Origin: Adineta vaga
Taxonomy: Eukaryota; Animalia; Rotifera
Reading direction: 5' to 3'
Length of the DNA: 64,000 bases
Assembly: GCA_021613535.1 (NCBI GenBank)
Contig: CP075493.1
Location: forward strand, 744,001 to 808,000
A program made the position numbers and the translations under genes. The notes under the pieces are model-generated. The model worked only from the letters and a program-made list of their open reading frames with translations. It ran no database searches and was not told the origin of the DNA. Position 1 is the first letter of the stretch; every line of letters starts with the position of its first letter. Below, in pieces: positions 24,535 to 36,038 of this stretch.

Positions 24535-25485
24535 TCTATATATATAAAGAAGAAAGTTTGTCTGTCTGTTCGCTATGCATTCAGTCGCTGTAATAACTAC
24601 GATCATCAAACTTTCTACGATGCTTCCTTAGGTCCCAGGAAAGGTCGACATGAGGTTAGAATGGTCATCGGGGGGGGGGGGTGAGGGTGGGGAGCGTGGG
24701 TGAAATTTCACCCAGGTAGTTCAATTATAGCTAACATTCCCAAACTTTCCACAATGCTTCCCTCGATCCAGAGGAAGGTCGACATGGGGTTAGAATGGCC
24801 ATCAAGAGATGGGGGAGGCGGCGTGTGTAAAATTTCGCTCCCAAGATGGCATATAGGAATGAGGGTGGGTGTGGGTGTCTGCATCTAGAATAGACAACTG
24901 CAAAGCGTGGGTTGGGTTCTCAAAAAAACTGAGTCTGGAGTGAAATGACTACTCTACCTGTATAGAGTAGAAGTGAAGTTTATAAAGTAGAGAATGACTT
25001 GCAGCGGGACAGTGGGTGTGGATTTAAAAGGAAGAGAGTTGTATATCGGATGCATAGCGAGACAAAATCAGTAGGAAAGAACTAATGAAGAGATGCGAAG
25101 TTCTGAAAAAAAGACCTGGTGCATGACGCGAAAAGGGATATAGGAAGGATCTCAGTACGGAGGAGAAAGACGTGTGGAAGACAGGTAACGTACGCTGAGT
25201 GACGATCTGAAAGATTACACTAACTAAGTCAGGGCGGAAAAGGAGGGTGTGAGGATTTTTTGATACACGACGCGTAAATACCAACGGAGAGGTCCAGTGG
25301 GTGATGAGAAAAGCAGTGTTGTAGATGAAAAACGTAAATTATATCCTCTTTGCAGAAGGTATCTCTAGTGGCGGCGCCACAGGGGGGGTTGGCGGGGGCT
25401 GACCTCCCCCCCCAGAATTTTTCTGAAGGGGGCTCAGCCCCCTCTGAATAAAAATCCTGGCGCCGCCTCTAGGTATCTCCTCTAG
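24535..25485 (+). mobile_element. Non-autonomous Helitron-like element, copy 1 (with nested MITE)
   Basis: 5' A|TCTATATATATAAAGAAGAAAGTTTGTCTGTCTGTTCGCTATGC and 3' CTAG|T, with no TSD. Largely colinear with the copy at 60540-61234. Confidence 0.75.
25366..25471. mobile_element. 106-bp hAT-type MITE
   Basis: 14-bp TIRs TAGTGGCGGCGCCA / TGGCGCCGCCTCTA (13/14 match). 8-bp TSD GGTATCTC at 25358-25365 and 25472-25479. Confidence 0.85.
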
Positions 25486-26193
25486 TATGAATATAAAAAG
25501 AATATACTCATTCACACCCTCACCTTGAAGATAAAATTTTCGTTTTTCAAAAGACAAATAATCTTTATCGAAGAAAAAGAAAGAGAATGACACGTGTATA
25601 GGTAAAGTGAAATAAGTAAAAACGATGCAACGTAATATTAATTATATCTTCTTTCAAAAATAAATCATATTTTCTCTAATTAAAAAACTTAATTACAATA
25701 CGATGAATAACAAGAAGAACGAGAGAATTATTTTATTTGTCAAAGATGGAAAGAGGCAATAATTAGAGAAGAACATATACGCCTGATACATCATTTGATT
25801 TGATTCATAATCATAAATAATTAATCAGTTATTGTTTTTTCAACAAATCAAAAGTGTAACAATAAATAATGAAAAAATAAATATTTGTAATAGTGAAATC
25901 ATCAAACTTCTTTTACATTGTAGCTGAGATGTTTGCTCATACATCGAATGTTATAAATGATTGACGAAGTGTCTTGTTCGTATTCAACTTTTTCGAAAAA
26001 TATGATACGGCAATCAATCTTCGAAGAATATCAGCAGAATTTGAATATGAAGTTCTACTACTACCGCGTTCACATTATATTCATCATTCGAAGTATTGAA
26101 GCAACGTTAGATCTGATGATAATTAATCTTGAAAATATAATTGTGAGGATATTGTGATTGATATGAATAAAAAAAAATAAAGAAAATTTTTGA

Positions 26194-27582
26194 TTAAATA
26201 GATTCTTTTCTAAAGTCATTTGGTTTATTGATATTTTGTTGATATTGAACATATTTTTCATCTCGTTTTTTTAAATAAGAATTATTTTGAATTTCTAAAT
26301 TTCCAGCTAATTGAGCCATTTTTCTCCAATCAGAATATGAAAATGTTGGACTTGAAACGACATGTTTAATTCCATATTGTTGAATTCGATCAATTTCATC
26401 ACAAACACCTTGATCTGATTCAATTAATTTTAAATGATATTTTTGTTCATATAAAGGTGTTCCACGTAATAACATTAATGGAAATGCATGAATAATTTGA
26501 ACATGATGTTTTAAACAAAATTCAATTGATTTTTCAAATGATTCAATTGTTTGTCCTGGTAAACCGAAGATAAGTGAAATTTCACATTCAATAGATTTTT
26601 CATAAATTTCATTTAAAATTCTTTGAATTTTTTTCATATTTGAAGGTCGATCAATAAATTTTTGTTCATTAGGATGAATTGTTTGCAAACCAAATTCTAA
26701 AACAACCATTGCTGTTTGATTTAATTGAACAATAGCATTAATAAATTCTGGTTTAATCATTTCTAAACGTGTTTGTAAAGTGATTTTTCCTTGATATTTA
26801 TATTGAATTAATTGTTGAAGAACATTTAAATAATTTGGACCAGAATTAAATGTTGGATCAACTAAATTTAAATCAATAACTTTTGATTCATTACGACATA
26901 ACCATTGAATTTCTTTGGAAATTCTTGTTAATTCAAAATGTCTTCGTGTTAAATTTGTTGATTCACGATGTTGACAAAAACTACATGAAAATGGACAACC
27001 ACGTTGTGTTTCCCAACGAAGAAAACGTTGATTAGGAATTAAATTCTTCAAAAATGGTGATGGAAGTTCATTAAAATTTGTTTTTGCTGATTGAACTTGA
27101 TCAATTTGTCCTGCATAATGAATTCCTTGAATTTGTGGATAACGATTTTGTATTTGTTGTTGCATATATTGAAGAAGAGCAGTTTCACCATATCCTCGAA
27201 TAAAAACATCAACTTGAGGATAAAATTTTTCTAAATTTTTTTTCGTATAACTTATTTGTGGTCCACCAAGAATAATTCGACCAGGATATTTTTCTTTTTT
27301 TAATTTATTTAAAATTATTTGTAAAAATTTTTCATTCCAAATAAATGCACCTAATGCAACATCAGTTGATTCATTTGCATTTTTCATTATATAATTTGTA
27401 ACATCATCTGGATGAAAAGAAGAAAAATTAACTGCATATGATTTCGATAAAACATCAATATTATTTTCATATAAATTTGCTAATATTGATGATTGTCCTA
27501 AGGATATTGGAGGATCTTTTGTTTTCATATAATCTAATGCAATTAATATTAAACGTTTTGTTGGAAATTGAATTGGTCTCAT
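26194..27582 (-). CDS. Bacterial-type B12-binding-domain radical SAM protein, intronless
   Basis: CxxxCxxC motif (RGCPFSCSFC). N-terminal cobalamin-binding-like segment (GAFIWNE...IILGGPQISY...FIRGYGE), plus DPTFN, EFGLQT, IFGLPGQT and LRGTPL. First ATG at 27582. Confidence 0.88.
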   Translation of the reverse strand: MRPIQFPTKRLILIALDYMKTKDPPISLGQSSILANLYENNIDVLSKSYAVNFSSFHPDDVTNYIMKNANESTDVALGAFIWNEKFLQIILNKLKKEKYPGRIILGGPQISYTKKNLEKFYPQVDVFIRGYGETALLQYMQQQIQNRYPQIQGIHYAGQIDQVQSAKTNFNELPSPFLKNLIPNQRFLRWETQRGCPFSCSFCQHRESTNLTRRHFELTRISKEIQWLCRNESKVIDLNLVDPTFNSGPNYLNVLQQLIQYKYQGKITLQTRLEMIKPEFINAIVQLNQTAMVVLEFGLQTIHPNEQKFIDRPSNMKKIQRILNEIYEKSIECEISLIFGLPGQTIESFEKSIEFCLKHHVQIIHAFPLMLLRGTPLYEQKYHLKLIESDQGVCDEIDRIQQYGIKHVVSSPTFSYSDWRKMAQLAGNLEIQNNSYLKKRDEKYVQYQQNINKPNDFRKESI

Positions 27583-28129
27583 TTTAATAGAAAATAATGA
27601 CTCACTTTTGATGACGATAGACGATGTTTTTGTCTTATGGCGACACAACGAAACGAGAAGAGAATGTTAAGATATTTATTCATTAATACAACTGGGAATT
27701 TTCCCAGTTGAATGATTGTCAAATAGAATAAACTATTTTTTTTTATTGAATTATCTTATATTATCATTAGATTATATCTAAATGAATATTCTTATATAAG
27801 ATTATTTAACATGATTCTTAATTCGAAAAAAATGATTTAACTAATTGACCTTTTGTCTACACTTTTATATTAAATATATTATATAAAACATCATATTCAT
27901 ATTATTTTGAAAAATGTTCATTTCCTTTAATAATTAGAATCACAAAAGTCTTTCCTTTGAAAAAGAAAATATATAAATATATTTCACACTCTCACAATTT
28001 GTTTTTTCTAAAATCAAACAATTCATTACCGTTGTCAAATGATTTTTTAGATACTTCAGAAGAAAAAACAAAAATAATGTTTTTTTTTTGTTTTTATTAA
28101 AATTATTCAAACAGATGTTTATCAATCTG

Positions 28130-29108
28130 AATTTTACCTAAGTAATTCTTATTTTCAATTTAATCCATCTGATAATATTGAATTAATTTCGATAAATAAT
28201 GAAAAATCTTTATTATTATGTACACGATCATGTAATTTAGAACCATGATGTCGAATATTAGATTATAATTTATTTAATAATCAATGTCGTTTATTTGAAG
28301 GTGAATTATCAACAGGTAAATCTATTCCATCAATTAATTCATCACAAATTGCATCGATTAATTATTATCCTCAATTATTTCGAAATTATAATAAAAATTG
28401 TATTTTTTGTAATATAAATCAATATCTTTTATGTGAAAATAATTTATGTTCTTGTCCTTCAAATACTTATTGGAATGGTGAAATGTGTTTGAATAAAAAA
28501 ACATGTAGGTTCATCATGTTTGAATGATTTTGAATGTCGAAATGATGAAATTCCTTTAATTTGTATTCAAGTAAATTTATGTACAACTGCAGGTAAAATA
28601 TTTATATGAAATTATGATTTTCTTATTAGTTTTCTTATTTATATGATATTCATCACGTATTTGTTCATTGAATATAACAACAATTGCTTATAATCTTATT
28701 AATATACCTATTCAAAATTATACATTCTATTCATTTAATTTCATTGCAATATTCAAATGTGTTTTTATTATTTTTAGTCCTATTCATGAAAATGGTTATT
28801 TTTCATTTGATCATATTTCAGTTATTGATCAAACTAATACAGAAATTCTTCTTAATGGTAATTTTGAAAATGATCTAACAGGACGGAATTATTGTAATTC
28901 TATGAATAGTTCTTATTCTGGTCTCATTGGAATACGAGGAATGTTATTACCATATAATGGTTTAAAATTTTGGTTTGATGGTGCATGGATTCCTCCTGAT
29001 TATTTAACTCAAATGATTTCAACTAAAATTGGTTGGAATTATACATTGAAATTTTGGCTTACAAATGATGCGACTGGGAATACAATGAATGTTATTCTTT
29101 TTCAATAA
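28130..29108 (+). pseudogene. Degenerate extracellular Cys-rich (PAN/apple-like, EB-like) + carbohydrate-binding-like gene
   Basis: CTRSCNLEP*CRILDY...CRLFEG, CENNLCSCPSNTYWNGEMC and LLNGNFE...WNYTLKFWL, with stops and frameshifts. Confidence 0.45.
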
Positions 29109-29176
29109 ACTAAATCTTATGATCTAAGATGATTTTTATAGTGTACTCATAAAATGAATATACTACTATAATCGGT

Positions 29177-29582
29177 CAGTGTGTCCAGCCATAAGTTTAC
29201 ACGATAACTTTTTACAGTCACATTCGATTGAGCTGAAACTTTGTGCACATAATCATCTCATCAATATCTCGGTCGAGTTCGAAGATGAGGATGATCTCTC
29301 GAGAAATGCCTGAGTTATCGGCAAAATTGTCATTATTGGCCAGGCCATTCTCGAGCAGACATATCCGAATTGACTCAGTTTTTAACACTGATCGTGAATC
29401 TGACATTAGTTTTAAATGAAAACGTAATTTCCTAATGAAACAATGCTTATGTCTAAATCTATCATAGATCTCTTATAGATTCATGAAACAAACACAAATT
29501 TATTTAAAATAAGTCATCAGAAATCTTACTCACCGAAAAATGTCTCATTTCTCATGGTAATTTTGATGTCCAGACATCCTAC
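29177..29582. mobile_element. Possible old Tc1/mariner-derived MITE
   Basis: GC-richer block whose ends (CAGTGTGTCCAGCCATAAGTTTAC / GTAATTTTGATGTCCAGACATCCTA) are only loosely inverted. Confidence 0.3.
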
Positions 29583-29799
29583 ATTGATTCATCTTTAGAA
29601 GAGATCGAAATACGTAGAATATAAATGCATTTATATTCTTTTTCTACGTTGTTATGTTTTATGTAAGAAAAGGTTTCTTACTTATAAGAAAAAGAGAAAA
29701 AAAAATGGCACGACTTGATCAGTTCTTTTCTCTTTGAAAAATAAATAAAGAAAAGTTTTTTTCATTTTTTCATTTGTAGATGTAAAATTTGTTTTGTAA

Positions 29800-32326
29800 A
29801 TGACTGAGCAAGAAGAAAATTTTCGTGATTGTCTTCGATGGAATGAAAATAAAGAAGAATTTCGATTAATTTGGCTCGATGAAAATATCAATAATTCTGA
29901 TGATTCATTAAAAACTCAACAAATGTTATTAGAATTAAATCCATCTGCACAATTCTATACAAATACAAATGAATTTTTTGAAATAATAAAATCAATTAAA
30001 AATGAACAAATAATCTTAATTATTTCCGGTTCATTTGCTCAAATAATTCTTTCAATTCTTGATTTATATAAAACAATAATATTTATTTTTATTTTTTGTT
30101 CAAATCATGAATATCATTTATCATTAATGAATAAATCAACAAAAATTCATGGAATATTTACTAATCAAATAACTTTATATGAATCACTTTATCAAACAAT
30201 AAATCATTTTAATAAACAAATTATAAAATTTAATTTATTTGATCAAAAACAAAATTTATCGAAAGATTTATCAAAAGAATCTTCATTATTTTTATGGCAT
30301 CAAATGATTTTTAATATTCTTCAACAAATGCCTCAAAATGATCAATCAAAAGATGACTTATTGCAACAATGTAAAGAATATTATAAATAAAATAAAATTG
30401 AATTAGAAAATATCAATGAATTTGAACAAACATATTGTCATAATAAATCTATTGAATGGTATACAAAAGAATGTTTTCTTTATAAATTATTAAATAAAGC
30501 ACTTCGAATTGAAGATTTTCAATTAATTTATTCATTTCGTTTTTTTATTATTGATTTATGTAATGATATTAAATGTGAATCATTAAAATTAAAATATTTA
30601 AATAAATTTGTAACATATCGTGGACAACAAATATCAATTGAAGAATATAAAGAATTTGAAAAAAATATTGGAAAAATAATTTCAATCAATGGTTTCTTTT
30701 CAACAACAACAGATAGAAATATTGCAATGAATTTTACTTTAAATAATATCAATTTCGATAAGATTCGATTGATTCTTTTTGAAATTGAAGTTGATTGTTC
30801 AATTGAAAATGTTATTTGTGCTGATATTTCACAACGAGGTTTTTATCAAAATGAAAAAGAAATTCTTTTTAATTTAAATTCAATATTTGAAATAATTTCA
30901 ATTGAAATAAATTTCGAATTAAATTATTCAATAATTAAATTAAAAACAACAAATAAATATTTAAATAATATTCAACAACATCTTAATTCAATTGAACAAG
31001 AAATGAATGGAAATTCACCAATAACTTATTTTGGTTGGCTTCTTCTTCATAAATTAGGAGAAATAAATCAAGCAGAAAAATATTTTCAAATTTTATTAAA
31101 TACATTGACAAATGATCATCAAGATATTCCATCAATTTATAATGGTATTGGTAGTGTTTATTCTCAACGAAATCAATTAGATTTAGCATTAGAAAATTAT
31201 CGTATAGCATTAAAAATTCGTCAAGAACGAAATGATTCACGTTTAGCTGTTTCATATCATAATATTGGAAATATTTTACGTGAACAAGAAAAATATAATG
31301 AAGCATTTGAATATTTTGAAAAAGCATTAAATATTGAAGAAATAAATCATCCAAATGATCATTTACAAAAAGGAATTCTTATTCAAAATATTGGAAATAC
31401 ATTTACAAAGATAAATCAATTTGATCAAGCATTAAAATATTTAGTTTTATCATTAGAAATGTTTAAAAGAATTTTACCTGAACATCATCCAAATATAAGT
31501 ATTTGTTTAGGTGATATTGGTTTTGTTTGGGAATGTCAAAATGAATTTAATAAAGCATTAGAATATTATTATCAAGAACTTTATATTGATGAACAATGTT
31601 TACCATCAAATACATTTTTATAAAGATTACATTTTTATTATTTATTTTAAAAATAATCAAATTAATCAACTTTTATTATTTTCTCAAGAAAAATTTAATC
31701 TTGAAAAAGACAAATTTTCTCATATTATACGAGCATTAATCAATGTAACAAAACAATTTGAAGAAAACAAAACACGAGATGCATTGCGTTGTTATCAAAT
31801 AGTTTTAATTAATTTAAAAAAAATAACACCGAATGATTATCAAACAATTGCTCAATGTTTAACAAGAATTGGTCGTCTTTGTCGAAAATATGGTAAATTC
31901 AATGAAGCATTACAATTTCTTCATGATGCTTTAATTTCATATCGTCAAGATTTATTAACTGATCCAATTGATATCGCTATTGTCATTGAAAATCTTGCAC
32001 TTTGTTATAGAAAAATAAATAAAACAATAGAAGCACTTTCATTTTTCAATGAAAGTCTTTTAATTTATCGAACAAAATATGGAATTGATCATGAAATTGT
32101 AAAATCAATTGAAGCAAATATTATCCAATTAAATGTTGAACAAACTACAGAATTAATTGAAAATAATATTACAAAAGAAGAACATATTATTATTTCAATT
32201 GATTCAAATTCTCTTCCATCTCTTATTGAACCTATATCAATCCCTCAAAGTAATGATAATGAAATTGAAAATCAAACAAAACCTTCTGTTAAACGTAGTA
32301 AATGTTCTAATTGCATTTTATTATAA
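29800..32326 (+). pseudogene. ADP-ribosyltransferase + TPR-repeat gene, disrupted
   Basis: LIWLDENI N-domain. In-frame TAA at 30388-30390, after which the frame continues (WYTKECFLYKLLNKALR, TYRGQ, GFFSTT, NEKEILF = R-S-E ART motifs). Multiple TPRs follow, with a frameshift near 31610. Confidence 0.75.
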
Positions 32327-32937
32327 ACAAATTTATTTTATCGATATTTATGTTAGATTTTTAATTAAAAATTGTTTTTTACCAAAGAAAATTTTCATTC
32401 TGAAGAGATTGAGATATCCATTTGAATATTTTGTTATTCTTCAAACGAAATTATCAATTCAATTTTGAATATTGATTTTCATTGAGAATTGTACCGAAAT
32501 AAATCGTAATCGATTAAATATATTCGAAAAGTGAAAACCAAAGAAAAAGGTACTTCGCCTGTAAAAATGATAGATTTTAGTCGAACAGGATTGCCATTAA
32601 TTGGAAGATTCTCGACATTCTTGAATGATTCGTTCTTCACGAGAATTTCTTTGATAATAATTTGAACAGATTTGTAACATTTCTTCTTTATAACTTGTTC
32701 ATTTGTAGGCATTTGTTTTAAAGTACATGTAACAAAATTTGATAAAAGTTATTTTGTTTTTTCAGATAATGTCTTTTATTTCTTCTATAAATGATGATTT
32801 CTACAATTATTTTATTCATGACGTTCGAAGAAACACAGTTATATAATATTTAATTCACGATCAAGTAACAAAAATCAATTATAGCAAACAGAAATTATTT
32901 GTAATTAATTTATCAAGTTTTTAGAAAACCCTCTGTT

Positions 32938-35900
32938 TTAACAGTTTCCATTTAATACAGCAGATCCATTAGAGCAACCAGCACATACGTAATATGGATA
33001 TCCATTACCAAGTGGTAAACACACTCCACCGCGACCTGCTGAGTTACAGTTAATCGACGGTGTACAAGGATTACCTATCAAAGAACACAAAATGAATCAT
33101 GCTATGTGAAAAATAGAAAAAGCTACCTAGACATGGATTATTCAGGCCATTTACACCGTATATACAGCCAGTACATTGATAGCTGCTGGTTCCATTAGCA
33201 ATTGCCGTACAATTACCACCACCACCAAGTTGTGCGCAGTTAGCACCCGTGAGACAAGGATTCCCTGTTAATGAGAGAGAGAATATAAGTCACTTTGTTC
33301 GATAAATGGTTTACTACTAATTACCTGGACATGCAGTGTTGTTTGTAGCAGGACCATAAGTACATCCAGTGCATTGATAATTTCCAGTTCCATCACCAAA
33401 TGCAACGCAACTACCCCCACCACTATTAGATGTGCAAGGAGTCGCCGACAAACAAGGATTCGCTAGGAATGATATAAAAATGAATCATATCATCTTTTAA
33501 GTGATTTACAATCCACTTACCTGGACATGGATTATTATAGGTATTTGAACCATATTTACAAGCAACACAGTGATAGTTTGTAGTTCCATTACCAATCGCC
33601 GCACAAATACCGCCACCACCAAGTTGTGTACAATTAACCGTCGTCGAACATGGACTCGCTGATATTTACAAAGGGACAAATCATATTATATGATAAATGT
33701 GTACAGCTAGTTACCTGGACATGCAGTGTTGTTCGTATTGGAACCATAACTGCATTCGGTACATTGGTAGTTGCCACTTCCGTCAAACGTAGGCAAGCAA
33801 TTACCGCCACCACCAAGGCTAGTACAGACACCTCCCATAAAACATGAATCCGCTAGAAATGAGAAATTCAAGTGCCTTCTAGGTAACCATATTGAGGGTG
33901 TGAATGTAAGTATCTATTGTTCAACTAAACACTCAACTCAGAGATTAATAAAATCGAAACTATTTTCTACAAGTGTGATCACGAAACATTCATTTAACTA
34001 TAGAACCACACATCTCAATACAAAACTAATCTGAGAAAATAATGGTCAATATCTTCTTATATGTAACAACCTAATTTTCTACTATGACATACAACATCAT
34101 ATGTATTTTCCTAAAACCTTATCCACACTCCTTCTAACTATAGCTAGGAAGAAACTAAATAACAATCTTGGGAGATTAACTTCACTTACTAGTAGTAGTT
34201 GCACTAGTGGTAGTAGTTGAGGTGGAACTAGTACTGGATGTAGAACTGGTACTTGAAGTCGAACTAGTGCTCGATGTGGAGCTAGTTGATGTAGTGCTGG
34301 TGCTTGAAGTCGAGCTAGTACTCGATGTGGAACTAGTTGATGTGGTGCTGGTGGTTGATGTAGAGCTCGTACTTGAAGTTGAACTAGTGCTGGATGTGGA
34401 ACTGGTGCTCGATGTAGAACTAGTTGATGTAGTGCTGGTGCTTGATGTGGAGCTCGTACTTGAAGTGGAACTGGTTGACGTAGAGCTTGTACTTGAAGTC
34501 GAGCTGGTACTTGATGTAGAACTAGTGGATGTTGTGCTGGTGCTGGATGTGGAGCTGGTACTTGAAGTAGAACTGGTTGACGTAGAGCTGGTACTTGATG
34601 TAGAACTAGTTGATGTTGTGCTGGTGCTGGATGTGGAGCTGGTACTTGAAGTCGTACTGGTACTTGATGTAGAACTGGTTGACGTAGAGCTGGTACTTGA
34701 TGTAGAACTGGTTGACGTAGAGCTAGTACTCGATGTTGAACTGGTGCTCGATGTGGAACTAGTTGATGTGGTGCTAGTGCTTGATGTAGAGCTCGTACTT
34801 GAAGTTGAACTGGTGCTGGATGTAGAACTGGTGCTCGATGTAGAACTAGTGGATGTAGTGCTGGTGCTTGATGTGGAGCTGGTACTTGAAGTAGAACTGG
34901 TTGACGTAGAGCTGGTACTTGATGTAGAACTAGTTGATGTTGTGCTGGTGCTGGATGTGGAGCTGGTACTTGAAGTCGTACTGGTACTTGATGTAGAACT
35001 GGTTGACGTAGAGCTAGTACTCGATGTAGAACTAGTGCTGGATGTGGAACTAGTTGATGTAGTACTGGTGCTCGATGTGGAACTTGTTGATGTGGTGCTA
35101 GTGCTTGATGTAGAGCTTGTACTTGAAGTGGAACTCGTGCTGGATGTGGAGCTGGTACTTGAAGTAGAACTGGTTGACGTAGAGCTAGTACTCGATGTAG
35201 AACTAGTGCTGGATGTGGAACTAGTTGATGTAGTACTGGTGCTAGATGTGGAACTTGTTGATGTGGTGCTAGTGCTTGATGTAGAGCTTGTACTTGAAGT
35301 GGAACTCGTGCTGGATGTGGAGCTGGTACTTGATGTAGAACTGGTTGACGTAGAGCTAGTACTCGATGTAGAACTAGTGCTGGATGTGGAACTTGTACTT
35401 GAAGTCGAACTGGTACTTGATGTAGAACTGGTAATTGAGGTAGAACTGGTACTGGATGTAGAACTACTTGATGTGCTGGAGGTTGATGTAGTTGACGTTG
35501 AGCTGGTGCTTGTGGTGATTTCGACTGAGGTTGAGGTTGTGTAGGTGGTTGTTGTGCTAACAGTTGATGTTGTGGTTATCGTGTTTTGTGTTGTTGAATG
35601 GTTAAGTGATGAATTGGATGATGCAGTGATTGTTGATGTCATAGTTAGATTGGTGTCTACTGGTGTACTATCGGTTGATATATTTGTTCGAAAAGTTGTC
35701 ACTGTTGCTGTTGAAGTTGTTTCTGCTGGGTTTATTAAAAGAAGTAATAATGGGTATTGTTTATATAATGGCAAGGATATTTTCCTACTTGTAGTTGCTG
35801 AATACTTGCTGGTCGTGACAACTATGGGCACAAGAAGTGTTACGGTGAATACAACCACACCGACCGCCGCAGCAACACCAGTCAAAAGTTTGAATCGCCG

Positions 35901-36038
35901 AGTCCTTTTTGTTAGAAACAAGGATACAAGGCATCAATGATAAAATTACGATGCTTACCATCCAATGTGCTGCACTGAAACTAGATGGTTTTCAATTGGA
36001 TTTATAGGTGACATGTTAATTTCTTCTTGAAAAGCCAT
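32938..36038 (-). CDS. Type II membrane mucin-like protein: TM anchor, ~450-aa Ser/Thr stalk, five exon-encoded EGF-like Cys repeats
   Basis: ATG at 36038, TM exon ~35905-35790, (TSS)n exon to ~34190, then five similar exons (e.g. DSCFMGGVCTSLGGGGNCLPTFDGSGNYQCTECSYGSNTNNTACP) ending at TAA 32938. Confidence 0.75.
34190..35520. repeat. Coding 9-bp-period tandem repeat (Thr-Ser-Ser)
   Basis: ACN-TCN-AGY units with variable third positions and longer duplicated blocks. Confidence 0.9.

Noticed and set aside
25024-25284. Similar ORFs MVFTRRVSKN... here and at 60776-61147
   Set aside because: Both lie inside Helitron-like copies, start at non-ATG codons and differ by frameshifts; the similarity reflects the repeat, not a gene.
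30388-30390. Stop-codon reassignment or readthrough
   Set aside because: TAA terminates many other genes in the window, and the same gene also has a frameshift.
34190-35520. Possible CRISPR-like array
   Set aside because: No constant repeat with unique spacers; it is a coding tandem repeat in a eukaryotic gene.
34207-35940. 445-aa (VELVLD)n and adjoining + strand ORFs
   Set aside because: Antisense shadow: in this register Ser/Thr codons give only GTN, GAN or CTN triplets, so stops cannot occur. The - strand has the splice sites and domains.
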